DNA of 64,000 bases from Geosiphon pyriformis uo1 (Eukaryota; Fungi; Glomeromycota). The notes under the pieces were generated by a model. That model saw only the letters and a program-made list of their open reading frames with translations, was not told the origin of the DNA and made no database searches. The stretch lies in assembly GCA_016748015.1 (NCBI GenBank), contig JAAOMT010000289.1, forward strand, positions 693,639-757,638, in the 5' to 3' direction. This document shows positions 12,546-25,143 of this stretch, piece by piece. The stretch's first letter is position 1, and every line of letters starts with the position of its first letter. A program made the translations under genes and the position numbers.

Positions 12546-13458
12546 ACTGCCACACCTAGTTCATCATCGATATCACCGGCACGATCACCGTCTTTGTCAA
12601 TTTCCATCTCATCATCAGCTCGGTAATCAGTTAATTTTTTGCCAAGATTGACCAGTTGAGCAAAACGATCCGAAGCGATTGGGCCAATAGCCACTTCAAT
12701 CTGCTTCAATTTATCGAAATCTTTCAGAGTATCAGCTTTCAAGATTTTTAAAACATCATCCGCTGCACTGCGAACAACATCTTGACTTTGATCGCCTAGA
12801 TTCTGATATACAAATGCGAGAATTAATTCATAGGCTTCACGTGTTTCTTTTGTTCTTGGCCGATACGAAAGACTCTCCACATCTTCTGTGGCCGTCAACA
12901 CGTTCGAATAGCCATATGCCTTTTTAATGTCTCTTTGAAGCAAATTTCAAGCAAACAATAGTTATTTAATAGGTTTAAAAAAGTGAGTAACATATTTTTC
13001 TCAAAATCAAACCTACGTTTCTTCTTTTCGCCTTCGCTTTTTTTCTTCTGCCTCCTCAGCTTTACGTGGTTTCTTCTTCTTCGCCTCTAGATCCTTCACA
13101 CTACTTCTCTGTGCTCGGGTACCAAAGTCTTTAGGGTTAATCTTTCCCCACAAAGATTCTGGCTCACCCGAAGGTTCATGATCTCGGCGTGGTAACTCGG
13201 ATCTATTAGCTTGAAGTACGAGATTCGAGTTTGCGGTGTACTGATACTGATTGCCACGGGCAATTTGTTCAGCCATTAATAAAAAAAAATTACTGAAGAA
13301 GGATGAGAACGAAAGCCAGAATGCTCAAAATGATGGCAAACTCTCGCACAAAGAATAGATATAGTTTCCGTTGAAAAGTGATCGTTACCACTGTTGACAC
13401 TTTCAATTTATTTAAATTTCTAATGAGATCATTTAGATTGCGTAGATCATTTCAGCAA
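12546..13458. other. Near-identical copy of 11613-12525 (BRR2 5' end) across a 20-N gap; probable assembly overlap
   Basis: 913 bp identical except one SNP (11709 vs 12642). The copies abut the N gap at 12526-12545. Confidence 0.9.
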
Positions 13459-13515
13459 ATAATATCGCTGATTTGGTAAATTAAGTTTAGTTTTTGAAAT
13501 TTTGTTACTTTCACA
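13277..13515. promoter_or_regulatory. Compact divergent promoter region between BRR2 and CCT7
   Basis: Head-to-head ATGs are 239 bp apart once the gap duplicate is collapsed. Contains a direct repeat AGATCATTT x2. Confidence 0.6.
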
Positions 13516-16050
13516 ATGTCTCGTCCAGGAGTTCCGCTCATGGTTAGTAAAGCTAAAAAAGCTTTACCTGTCCATTCAAATAATTTTCGCGCTTGTATTT
13601 GATACTCCAATTCAGAGTATAAACTCCTCAAAGCCAAAGAATTTTGTTTTAATAATGAAAAAATTAGGGATCTTCATTCATATATATTTGCAAGTACCTA
13701 CCCATCAAAATTTTCTTTTTCTTAAAAGCAACCCCAAATTATATTACTCAAAGAAGGCACAGACGCCTCTCAAGGGAGAGGTCAACTTTTATCAAATATA
13801 AGTGCCTGTATGGCGGTCGTTGATACTGTGCGAAGTACTTTGGGACCCAGAGGGATGGATAAACTAATTGTTGATGATAAGGGTAATTACTAGAAACCTT
13901 TTACCTCATGTTTTTACCAATAATCTCTCTTCAATGATTGAGTTTTTAAAAAGGTGAAGCCACGATTTCTAATGATGGGGCTACCATTATGAAGCTTCTT
14001 GATATTGTTCACCCTGCCGCAAAGACATTGGTTGATATAGCCAGATCACAAGATGCCGAAGTAGGTTCCAGAGTAAATTGTTGAAAATTCAAACACCTTA
14101 GTTAAATCTTTAAGTTGGATTTCGCAATCTACAAAAAAACATAGGTGGGAGACGGGACGACTAGTGTAGTTTTGCTTGCAGGTGAATTTTTAAAAGAAGT
14201 CCGAGGATTTATCGAAGAAGGTGTCAGTCCACATGTAATCATAAAAGGGTACAGGAAAGCAGCCCAATTGGTTAGCATTCTTATTATGCTTGAACTATGT
14301 CTTTCGTGAATAATATTTCTCTGACATTAATCAAGGAGATAATCTTTTGATCTATTGGTAAATCGGCTTGAACAGGCTATAAACAAAATAAAGGAAATCG
14401 CTGTCAAGATTGAGCGTAAAGATGAAACGTGAGTTTCTTCAATTGATTTCTATTTACCTGGATTAACCATATTAATTTCTTTCCTTAGAGAATTTCGGTC
14501 TCTGTTGCTAAAATGCGCCGCAACCGCTATGTCCTCAAAACTGATCCGCTCGCATGAGGATTTTTTTACCAAAATGGTTGTAGATGCTGTTTTATGTTTG
14601 GATCAACAAGATTTAAACGAACGGTTAATAGGTATAAAGAGGATTCCTGGTGGGGCGATGCAAGTAAGTTAAACAAACTGTAATGTATTTGATTTAAATT
14701 GCAACTCGAGATTTAACGAATAAGCATCGCTATCAATTTTATTTGGTATTTTGAATAGGACTCTCTTCTCATAGATGGTGTTGCATTCAAGAAGACCTTT
14801 TCATATGCTGGTTTTGAACAACAGCCAAAGTATTTCGAGAATCCAAAGATTTTGGCGTTAAATGTGGAATTAGAATTAAAAGCCGAGAAAGATAATGCTG
14901 AAGTGCGCGTGGAGGATGTCAATGTATCTTGAAATCTGAACAAATTTGCATATTTATAAATTTATGAAAAAAACGTATAAAAATTTTAATCTTCACTCTT
15001 TCTAAATCAATAGGAATACCAAGCCATTGTTGACGCAGAATGGTCAATTATATACTCTAAACTTGAAGCGATTGTCAATACTGGTGCTAAAATAGTTCTT
15101 TCTAAGCTTCCCATAGGCGATCTAGCCACACAGTATTTTGCAGATCGAGGAATATTTTGTGCCGGAAGGGTACCGAGTGACGATTTAAATCGAGTTGTGA
15201 TTGCAGTTGGCGGCTCAATACAATCTACATGTTCTGATATTGAAGACCGGCATTTGGGTAAATGCCAAACCTTTGAAGAAAAACAAATTGGTGGCGAAAG
15301 GTTCAATTTGTTCCAGGGATGTCCAGCTGCAAAAACATGTACACTTATCCTCCGTGGGGGTGCGGAGCAGTTTATCGCAGAGGTAGAGCGGAGCTTGCAT
15401 GACGCAATAATGATCGTGAAAAGGGCTATAAGCAACTCTTTGATTGTTGCAGGTGGTGGGGCTACTGAGGTTAGATGATTTGGACTAGTATAAAGATTGA
15501 TTACTAATTGCATATCGACTAATATTCTACTATTTGCGTCATAGATGGAATTGTCAAAATATTTGCGAGATCACTCCCGCACTATTGAGGGCAAGCAACA
15601 ATTGATCATTGGTGCGTTTGGTCGTGCCTTGGAAGTTATCCCTCGTCAATTATGTGATAATGCGGGATTCGACGCCACGGATATTTTAAATAAACTGAGG
15701 ATGAAACATGCACATGGTATTTAAAATGAGATAATTATTTGTTGCAGAATTTAATTTTCTTGAACCTTAATCACGAATTCCTTTTCTTAAATCCAGAAGG
15801 AGCTAAATGGTATGGAGTTGATATCAATTCTGAATCAATTGCTGACAATTATGCATCATTTATTTGGGAACCAGCTCTTGTAAAGACAAATGCCATTTCA
15901 GCTGCTACCGAAGCTGCATGCCTCATTCTGAGTGTGGATGAGACGGTAAGGAATCCTCAATCTGAAAAGCCACAAGGTGGTCCTCAAATGCCAAGGGGTG
16001 GAGCACAAAGGGGATTTAGAGGTCGTGGCCGGGGCATACCTCGTCGATGA
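13516..16050 (+). CDS. CCT7: T-complex protein 1 subunit eta (10 exons)
   Basis: Spliced: [102 protein letters not shown], ending in the RGRGRG tail typical of eta. Confidence 0.96.
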
Positions 16051-16219
16051 GAAAATTATTGAGAATTTTTGCATATGGTTCCATATGTTGACAACAAGTT
16101 ATTAAATTTTTGAATTCTGAGTAAATAGCATTCAATTAAACTTTTAGATATGAAATTCTTCAGAAAACGAGGTAGAATATGAATACTAGGAACATAGTTT
16201 GTATTGTACTGTCACCAGA

Positions 16220-17729
16220 CTACATTTCCATATTTTCAGTTTGACGATCGTGACTTAAAACACTCATACATTTCCACTCCCCACTATATGAGGCTATAAA
16301 TAAAAGGGAAAATCAGAACAGAGTTAAGGCAGAATATGTGGAAAACGTAAAATGTTTGTACCTTTCCATAACCTTACTTTTCCATCGTCACCTGAAGACG
16401 ACAAAATAGTGCCCGTAACATTCCATTCCACTCTCCACACCTGGTGTTAGATATCAACGATAAATCTTAAAATAATACTCAAAATAAATGTTGTTGTGTA
16501 ACGGCTTTACCTCAACATTATGATCCCCAAAACTGCAAAGAAGTTCTGCATGATATCCTGTTCTATCTGAAGTTATTTTATAAATCCTCACATGTTGATC
16601 CTTTGAAGCCGTCGCGATTAGTTGGTAGCTTCTATCAGGGAGATGAGTCAACATATTTCAATACCGAACGAGACAAATTTTGACTCATGATCATGTAATG
16701 GCAATCAAAATTGTGATACGAGCCTTCCCATCGTCGGGGCCCAGCTAACGTCGTGTACAGTATCCTCATGGCCAGAGAGTATTTCATAAGCCTGCCACTT
16801 ACCTTGCCCATCCTGTCGAAAAATCTGATGTCGAGGTCGAAAACAGCACTAAAGTTAGATAACTTATTTCTATTAAAAATGGATCAACTAATAACTACTA
16901 ACCTTTGCCTCTTTACCACAGCCTACTACCATCATTGAAGGGGGAAATCGCGACGGACACCATGAAATACAGTAATGACCATCGACTTCTTTTGTTATAG
17001 TTCCAGGATTTATTTCGAATTCCTCCATACAACTATATTCTTCTAAGTTGTTCACATTAAGAAATTCATAAATGCGAACGACACCATCGGCGGCGCATGC
17101 TGCCTAGTCGAAATGCCATTATTCGGTAGACATTAAAAGAGCCTAGTATCTTAAGTGTAAGCCTATTATAATCCAATGTGGAGATTGAAAGAAGCAAACC
17201 AATTTCAAATGCAAAGTATCAGGGGCAAATTCGATGTCTTGCACCGATTTTAAAGCGTCTGGTATACGCGCGCGAAGGATAAAACGCCTTCCACTATTCT
17301 TCGGTTCTATTATATTAAAATCAGTTTAAGAGCTTGAATGAGCTGGGGAATCGACTAATTGAGGTTGCTTTAACAGTTGAGAGTAATGTACCATGATCTT
17401 GTTCCTCCCAAATACGAACACTGCGATCAAAAGAACAGGACGCAATAACTTGCCCAAACTCTGGGTGTGCCCAAGCAACTTTGAGAATTGAACAATCATG
17501 GGCCTATGATGCAAGAAAGTGAATATGGTAGGGTAAAAAATTCGACATCAAAAACAGCCCAAAGTACCCTCCAAGAATCGACCGTTTCCCAACTATTTGT
17601 TTTCGAATTGTGTTCCCAGACTTTGAGCCTTTGGTCGGAAGAACAAGTAACCAATCGTTTGCCATAGAAATCGTAGGCAACATCGTGAATCAAGTCTTCA
17701 TGTGCTGTATCAAATGTCTGAACAGCCAT
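16220..17729 (-). CDS. SEH1: WD40 nucleoporin/SEACAT subunit Seh1 (8 exons)
   Basis: [104 protein letters not shown]. Confidence 0.95.
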
Positions 17730-18654
17730 TTGAGTGTAAGTATGGTTTTTTGATAATCTTATTTCGAAAAATAGTTATAAATAAAATTTAGCAATTATAA
17801 ATTTATCTAATTAATTAATTTATGAAAGTGATTTTTTATGAAATTGTATAATTTTTAATGTCACAATTGTAATATTTTATATTATTATTTATTTTGATAA
17901 TTAATTTGATTTGATTCTTAAATAATATTATCTTTGTTTTTGCAATTATTGTTTTTTACTTTTAAGGTTATAATTAAGCAACTATAAATATAAATTATGC
18001 ATTTTTAACATATAACTAGCAATTTAGATTTATGTTAAAAAACATTATATAAAATTAACCAAATCTTAACTGTGGTGTTAATTTTACAAATGTAGATAAT
18101 TAAAACATATTAAAAAATATACTTAATTTATTCTTCTTCTTAAAATAGCTTTATTAATCTAATTAAAAAATGTTATTTTTAATTCTATTCATAAATACTT
18201 AATTTTTTGAAAGCTTATTTATTTATTTTCTATAGCTTAACAATAAAAATCCAGATTTTGTTTTTGTACTTAATTAATAATAAATAAACGATTTTTTTTA
18301 TTTTTATTATAATTATTTTAATGTATTTATAAGCTTTTAAAGCTTTTTAAAACCAATTTTTTAACACAAATTTCGTAGCTAATATTTTATAAAATTACTT
18401 TAATACAGTTAATACATCAATATTTTTACAAAAAAATAATTTAAATAAACTTTTTAAAATATTAAATATGTTACATTAAATATTTTTTATTTTATTGTAA
18501 AAACTTATTATAAAATATTTTTATAATGTATATACAAAAACCAATAATTAAATTTACATAAAAATATGTATTTAAATATTAAATTAAAATAATAATTTTA
18601 TTTCATATTATTAATAAGTTTTTGTATATTGCTTAATTTTTTATTATTATTAAG

Positions 18655-20900
18655 ATTTAATAAGCATGGCCCAATTACTATCTAAAAATTAGGAACAAAC
18701 TAAGTGTTTTAAAACTAAATATAATTCACATGTTTTTTATATATAACCAGCTATTCAAGCCAATTTAGACTATATTACATTGATATAACAAAAGTAAACT
18801 TATCTAATGCCAATATTTTTTGAATTATGTCAAACAATTTGATATTACAAAAGACCAATTCAACCAGCTATTCAGCTATTTCAAGAAATCAGTTTTAATA
18901 CTATTAGATTTATGTATTCAAAGAGACATTAAGTTAGAAAATATATTATTATCAATGCCAGCTAGAAGATTCGAATTATTAGACTTGTTAATATTATCTA
19001 TATAGCACTTTTTTTTAATAAAATTATCTTTTTTTTTAATTTATTAACAACTTTGTTAAAAAAATTCAGATATATCATAAGTTTATTAATCTTAAAGTTA
19101 AAAATATTGCTTAAAACCAAATTACTCTTAATAAATTGTTCAAATACAGCAATCAGAAAAACAATAGGCTTAACAATTAACTCAATCAATACAGAAAGTT
19201 TGGCCAAATCAGATTTCAAAGAAATCAATTAAAAAAACATTAAAGAATTACCAACAATTACAAAAAAAAGAACAAAAGTTATTAGAAATAGAAACTTAAA
19301 AGAGTTCAAAAAAGCAGAAGTTTTGACATAAAATTTAGCACTTACAAAATGTGATATAAACATCTTAAAAACCTTGGAACTTTTAAAAAGAAAAAGTAAA
19401 AATATTTTACAATTTATAGTCAAATGGCCTATTTTTTAATACTTAAAACAATACTAACAATCAAAAGTTTCTTATTAAATACAACACTTTTTTAGTGTAT
19501 TAGTCTTAACTATTGTAGTATTCAAATTAGTTTAAGATTTAAATATAACCAGAACAAAATAAAAACAGTAACCAAAATCAAAAAGTAAAAAATAAAACAA
19601 GTTTAACTATTAACTTAAGAGATCATATTACTAATTTTAAAATTAGTACAGCCAAAAAAAAGGTTAATCAACTTGGTTTTAAACTTATTATAAGACAAAA
19701 TAGTTTTATTTTGATTAACCAAAAGAAGGATTTTAATACTATTCTTGTTTATTAACACTAATCAATGATTCAAAACAAATACAACATATCTAGCTCTTTA
19801 AAATGAACAACAATATATTACTAAACACTAGCAAATTTCAGCACAACTTACCAAAAACACTAAGTGTTGTCTTAATATTAACAGCAAACATATTTAAAGA
19901 CATATCATGTAAGACAATAATAGCAAAAAAGAAATCAAACTCAGAAACCACCAAAAATTTGGCAATTTTAAGAGTAGTCAGATAAACAAAGCTTGTGAAC
20001 TCAACCAAAAATACAGCTTTTAAAAACTTTTAAAAAGCAAATTTTACACAAATAAGCTTTATATTGTTTTTTAATATTGACTTAATATTTAGAAAACTAT
20101 GTACAAACTAAAAAACAGCTTTAATATAAGCCAATTTAATCTTAAAAATAATATTAAATACCAAAATAAAAATCATTTATCTAGTAAATCTTTGATGATT
20201 AAAAATAATTTTCTAAATATCACTAATGACAGCATTAAAAATTAGCAGAAAAAATAAATTGGTTTTTATTTATTTAATCCAGTTTTTAAGAACAGATAAT
20301 CTAACAAAAAACTGTTATTTTACTTTTAAAATTGGTAATAATTTATTAGAAGAAACCATATTTGGCAGTACAATTAGTAGTTAATCTTGGCCAATCTTAA
20401 ATAATATATTGGATAATATAATGAAAATCTTATCTAAGATCTTATTAAGAATCATAATAAGATTTAGTATAACAATAGCAGAAATAAATAGCTGCTTTTA
20501 CTTTTTGGAATTCTTGGTCTTTTTGACTATTTTCAAAAAAAAAGTATTAATAATACCAAATATAGCAACAATAATTGAGAAAACCAGCTTGTTAATTGGT
20601 CTATTATTAAAAACTTTTAAGCTCTTGGTAAAAATAAAAACAACACTAAAACTAATCTAAGTATGTCTTTTTGAAAAAACTTTAACTGGTAAAAAACCAG
20701 TCAAAAATAAAAAAGATGTTTTAACAGCCACCAAAAACAGCTTTTTACTATTACTAACTAAAAAAAAGACTTCTAAAATGTTTTATCTAACTGTTTTTAC
20801 AACAGAAAAAACTTTTTTTGTTGAAACTTTGTAAAATACCAAAAAAAAAGTATTAGTTACAGCTTTTTTATTCTTTGTTTTAGTTATAATTATAAAATTA
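18655..20900 (-). mobile_element. Decayed LINE-like ORF1-only element (zinc knuckle + coiled coil) ending in a LINE-type 3' end
   Basis: Relic CX2CX4HX4C (C-F-K-Y-*-K-I-G-H-L-T-I-N-C, ~19400-19450). ORF relics at 18998-19423. The ORF end near 18780 is followed directly by CTGGTTATATATA..AACATG..TGGGCCATGC and an A-rich tail. Confidence 0.6.
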
Positions 20901-21169
20901 AGAAAACAAAGAGTTTATTTATAAAAAATTTTTTTTTTAATTATTTAACAAAAATATGTTTTGCTTAATAAATTAAATTATATTTATTAATATAAATTAT
21001 AATAACAAATATAAATATAAAAAAATAAATAAAATTAATTAATTTTTTTTGTTGATTTTTTAGTCACAATAAAAGTAAATAATTTTTGTAAAAAATAGTT
21101 TTTTTATTCTCTATTCTTTTTTTTCTTATATTTTTTAATTGTTTTTTTTAATATACTTCTGTTTATAAC

Positions 21170-21680
21170 TATAACATTAGTAAATTTTTTTGCTAATAAG
21201 TCTGGTTCTGATATAACTGAATTAGAAATTCACTTAAGCACCAAAAAAAAGTGAGTAAAAAATATTTATTCTTATAGTATGTTTTATAAAGAACCAAAAA
21301 AATTTATTGCTAATAATAATATAGTCGATTTATTTATTGGTTTTTTAAGTCTAGAAAATATTAGTAGTTTTAATACAAAATCTGTGGTGTTTTAAGAAGC
21401 AAAGTTAATAATAAAGTTAGTAATATTAGTAGTCTGTCAAATATAAAGAATATAAAAATATATTTACCAAGAAAACTAGTTATATAAATTTATATACTTT
21501 AGTAATTAACAAGAATATAAATAATATTATGTTAAAAAAAACTTGTATTTAGACATACATATTAAGTTAATTACTGAAAACTCTTTCATTTAATAATTTA
21601 AATGATAATAATAATATTTTAGTATTTTTGTCTTCTAAATTTGTTGGCTTTAAACAGTTGCTATTAGTCAAATTACATGT
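21170..21680 (+). mobile_element. Decayed 5' fragment of a LINE-like ORF1, truncated by an LTR
   Basis: Coding-like relic riddled with stops, resembling recalled Glomeromycotina LINE ORF1 N-termini. It ends abruptly at the LTR start TGTTACA. Confidence 0.45.
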
Positions 21681-22562
21681 TGTTACAAGTAATTATTTGA
21701 GGTGTTGAAACAAATAACAAACTCATAACTTGATACTTAATAGCTGAAAATGCTAATAATTTCTGAAGATTTTTGAGTCTAAAAGTTTTTGTTGAGTTTT
21801 TTGTATAATAAACAAAGATTTAATTGATGGTTTTTTCTATAATTTTTTTTTTAGCATAATAATCAGTTTAATCTAACAGTTATGTTTTTCTGATAAGCTA
21901 TCTTTAAATTTTTATTCTTATTTCCAGGTCTTTTATCAGACTATCTTTGATATTAAATACTTAGTGCTTAATTTCTTTAATTAATTAGTAAACAACAAAA
22001 AAATAAAACCAAAGAAAATAAAAAAAAATAAAAAAAATCAAGAAAAAAAAATAAAAAAATTAGTATTCTATCAATAGCTGTAATTAAAAGTTATTGTTTT
22101 AATATAGTTAAGTATTGAATTTTATTAACATAGAATATTGATAATAAAAAAAATAATTAATATTTTTAATCAAATAACAATAACATAAATTGGATAATAA
22201 TTAAATATTTTTATTGATATTAATAGATTTCTATTTTAAGTTATAAAAAAAATTTTTTTAAAGAGAAGAGTATTATTGGTTTGAACTCTATTAAATTTTA
22301 AATACTTTTCTGTTTTTAATATTCTCACTATATATACATAATTTATGTTATATAAGATTTTTAGAAATTTTATAATTCCTTAAAAAAATTTTGAAATTCT
22401 GAAATCCTACAATTTTCCAAGAGAAATTCTGTAATTCTAAAATCCTACAATTCTGGAATCCTGTAATTCTTTAAGACAAATCTTGGAATTTCTATTTTAC
22501 TACATTTATTTCTGATTGGCTATTTTACCTATTATTATAATTTTTAATTTTTACAAGTAATA
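21681..22562 (-). mobile_element. Solo/recombinant Gypsy LTR related to the LTRs of elements B and C
   Basis: TGTTACA...AGTAATA termini. Shares the U5 block, the double-hairpin block, TATA and GGAATCCTG/AATTC repeats with 51598-52463. No matching TSD. Confidence 0.85.
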
Positions 22563-23330
22563 CCACCAATAAAAACTTTAATAATAGCAACTAAGAAAGC
22601 CTTAAAAATAAAATTTACACAAAATAACTTAATATTATTTCTAAAAATTAATTTGAATTTAATAAAGCCAAACAACAAATAAAACAGAAAATTAACTAAA
22701 ACCAACTTGATTTTAAAATAAAAACAAATACTAAAATAAAAATTATTTACTCAAAAAATTTTTAATAATTAAAAATTGTTTTTCAAGTACTATTAAAAAC
22801 AGTATCAAAAAACAAAAAAAAAAAGATTGATTCAGTTTTTATTTGATTAGTTTAATCCTTAAAATTAGGTAACTTAATAAGTTGTTAAAAAAATCTTATT
22901 TAAGATTTTATCTAAAACTATAAAAAAGTTTGATATAACAATAATAAATACAAGTAACTACTACTGTTTTTTTGATTTTTTGGCCTTTTTGGCTATTTGT
23001 AAAAAAATAGTAATGATATTAATAATAATAACAGAAAAAATTAACTTGTTAATTAGTCTGTTGTTGAATATTTTTGGACTTTTGAAGAAAATAAAAACAA
23101 CATTAAAACTAACTTAAATGTATTTTTTAAAAAAAACTTTAATTGAAAAAAAATTACCAGCCAAAGATAAAAAAAATGTTTTAAAAGCTGCGAAAAACAG
23201 CTTTTCACTATTAATATTTAAGAAAAATATTGTTAGAACATTCTGTTTAATTGTTTTAACAATAAAAAAAATAACTCTTAAAACTTTTTTACTCTTTGTT
23301 TTAGATGTAGTCATAAAATAAATAAATAAA
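22563..23330 (-). mobile_element. Second truncated copy of the ORF1-type element (5' part)
   Basis: Clear similarity to 20000-20900, e.g. GCCAAAGATAAAAAAAATGTTTTAAAAGCTGCGAAAAACAGCTTTT vs GTCAAAAATAAAAAAGATGTTTTAACAGCCACCAAAAACAGCTTTT. Confidence 0.7.
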
Positions 23331-23339
23331 AAGTTTATA

Positions 23340-24240
23340 AAACAATTTAAAATTTAATTAGTTTATAAATTAAAAAGATTTAAATTTTAATTATAAAATA
23401 ATTTATTATTAAAAAAAACTAATTTATATAAATTTACGTTATTTTTTAATAAATTAATTTTTTATCTGTATTAACAAAATTAAAACAAATCTTATAAAAT
23501 TTTTAAATCATAAATTACATAATATAAAGATTTTTTTTAATAATATTAATAATATATTTTTATTTAATTTAATATTTGTTATAATAATTTAAAATATTCA
23601 ATAAAATTTTTATTTAATAAGTATTTAAAACATTTTGGTTATTTAAAAACAATTTAATAATACTATTAAACAAAACAATATTTAAAAATAAAATAATTGC
23701 TTAAAGTTTTATTAAAATTAAAGCTTTTAACAAATCAAATTAAATTATGTTTTGGTCTAACTTGAATTTAAATTAGTTAAAAAATAACAAGTTTTTTTTT
23801 TTTAAAATCTTAAACAAAAAAGTGCTTTTATATAGTTTTTCTTAAAAAATTTGTTTTTAAAAATTAATTTGGTGAGTTTTTGGATTTCTTTAAATTTAAT
23901 TAGTAATTATAAAAAACATATAAATGCTTAACTTTAAATTTTAATCTTGTTTTATTAAATTAATGAATTTTTTAATATTAAATAATAATGTAAGTGTTTA
24001 ATGTAGTTTTAATTAATTTGTATAACTGGTTATATATAGCAAATATATAAAACATGTTTTTTGTATAATAATTTTTTATTGAGTAATAGTTGAGCCACAC
24101 TTTGTTAAAGCATAATAAAAAAACAAAAAAACAACACAAAATAATTATTTTCAAGTTTTAAATTTATTATATGAATATGTACTATTATTTTTTATTTATT
24201 TATTTAATTAACGAGTGAGGCCCAAACGCCATTATTTTAA
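23340..24240. mobile_element. Decayed LINE 3' ends, tail to tail (+ end at ~24140, - end at ~24185-24240)
   Basis: CTGGTTATATATAGC..AACATG..TGAGCCACACTTTG + A-rich tail on +; TGGGCCTCACTCG + (TAAA)n on -. Confidence 0.55.
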
Positions 24241-25143
24241 TGTGTAATATTTTTTAATAAATTTATAATTTGTTGATTCATGGTTAACTTTAATTTTGTC
24301 AATGAAACTGTTTTACTATGGATAATATTTAATTCGAAATGATAAAAATATATAGATGCGTAATAAGTTTCTTGGATATTTCAGAGTATAAAAATTGGAA
24401 CATGAATTTATCTAAACGTGGATTTGGTCAATAAATTAATATAAACAACTGAAAGGTTAAAAGGTTGGAATTACAGATCCCAACAATCTTATACTTTAAT
24501 TTTTGTGAGTTGCGTGTGTTGTAAGCTATATCTATTGTTTATTTTATAAGCTTTGATTATACAGATCACAAGAATCATGCTAAAAATATTTGGAAAGAAA
24601 CTTTCGCAAATTCTTTTAAAAATATAAGTTATCCACAAAAATATTTCCGAAAATACAAATAAAGCTCTTCCCGTTTAGAATCTCAGCTTTTCAATTTCAG
24701 AAAAAATTCTTTCAAGAAAAATTTATTTCTACACGAATACATAGACATCTAAATAACGATACGGTGTGCTTTCAAAGAATTGATTTTTGCTGCTCATTAA
24801 TTTAGAATTGTTTGGAATATAATATATTTTTATTGTATAATTAATTCATCTCCCCACAGGGTAATATTATAACTGGTCAAAAATTCCCAGTTTATTTAGT
24901 GCATCAATATCAAAGTCCTTAGCTAAAGCCGGATTTATCATCTGACCTTCAAAGAAAGAAGTGGTGTATGAGTCATTGATTATTTCCATGCCTTAAAAGT
25001 ATTAAAAGGAACTAATTTCGAGTTATATTGAAAACAACTTACTGCTCATCTAAACCTGAACAGCCGGCTACTTTTTTCAATCAAAATCTCGAGGATTAGG
25101 GACCAGTTTTACAGTAATTTACCGATCCCATCGTTTGGTATTT

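Noticed and set aside
12546-13458. Second, truncated BRR2 paralog
   Set aside because: Near-identical sequence abutting a 20-N gap; best explained as an uncollapsed contig overlap.
17760-24240. Short K/I/L/F/N-rich ORFs as real or organellar genes (also 33.4-35.5 kb)
   Set aside because: Composition results from AT-biased decay of LINE relics; no organellar gene motifs.
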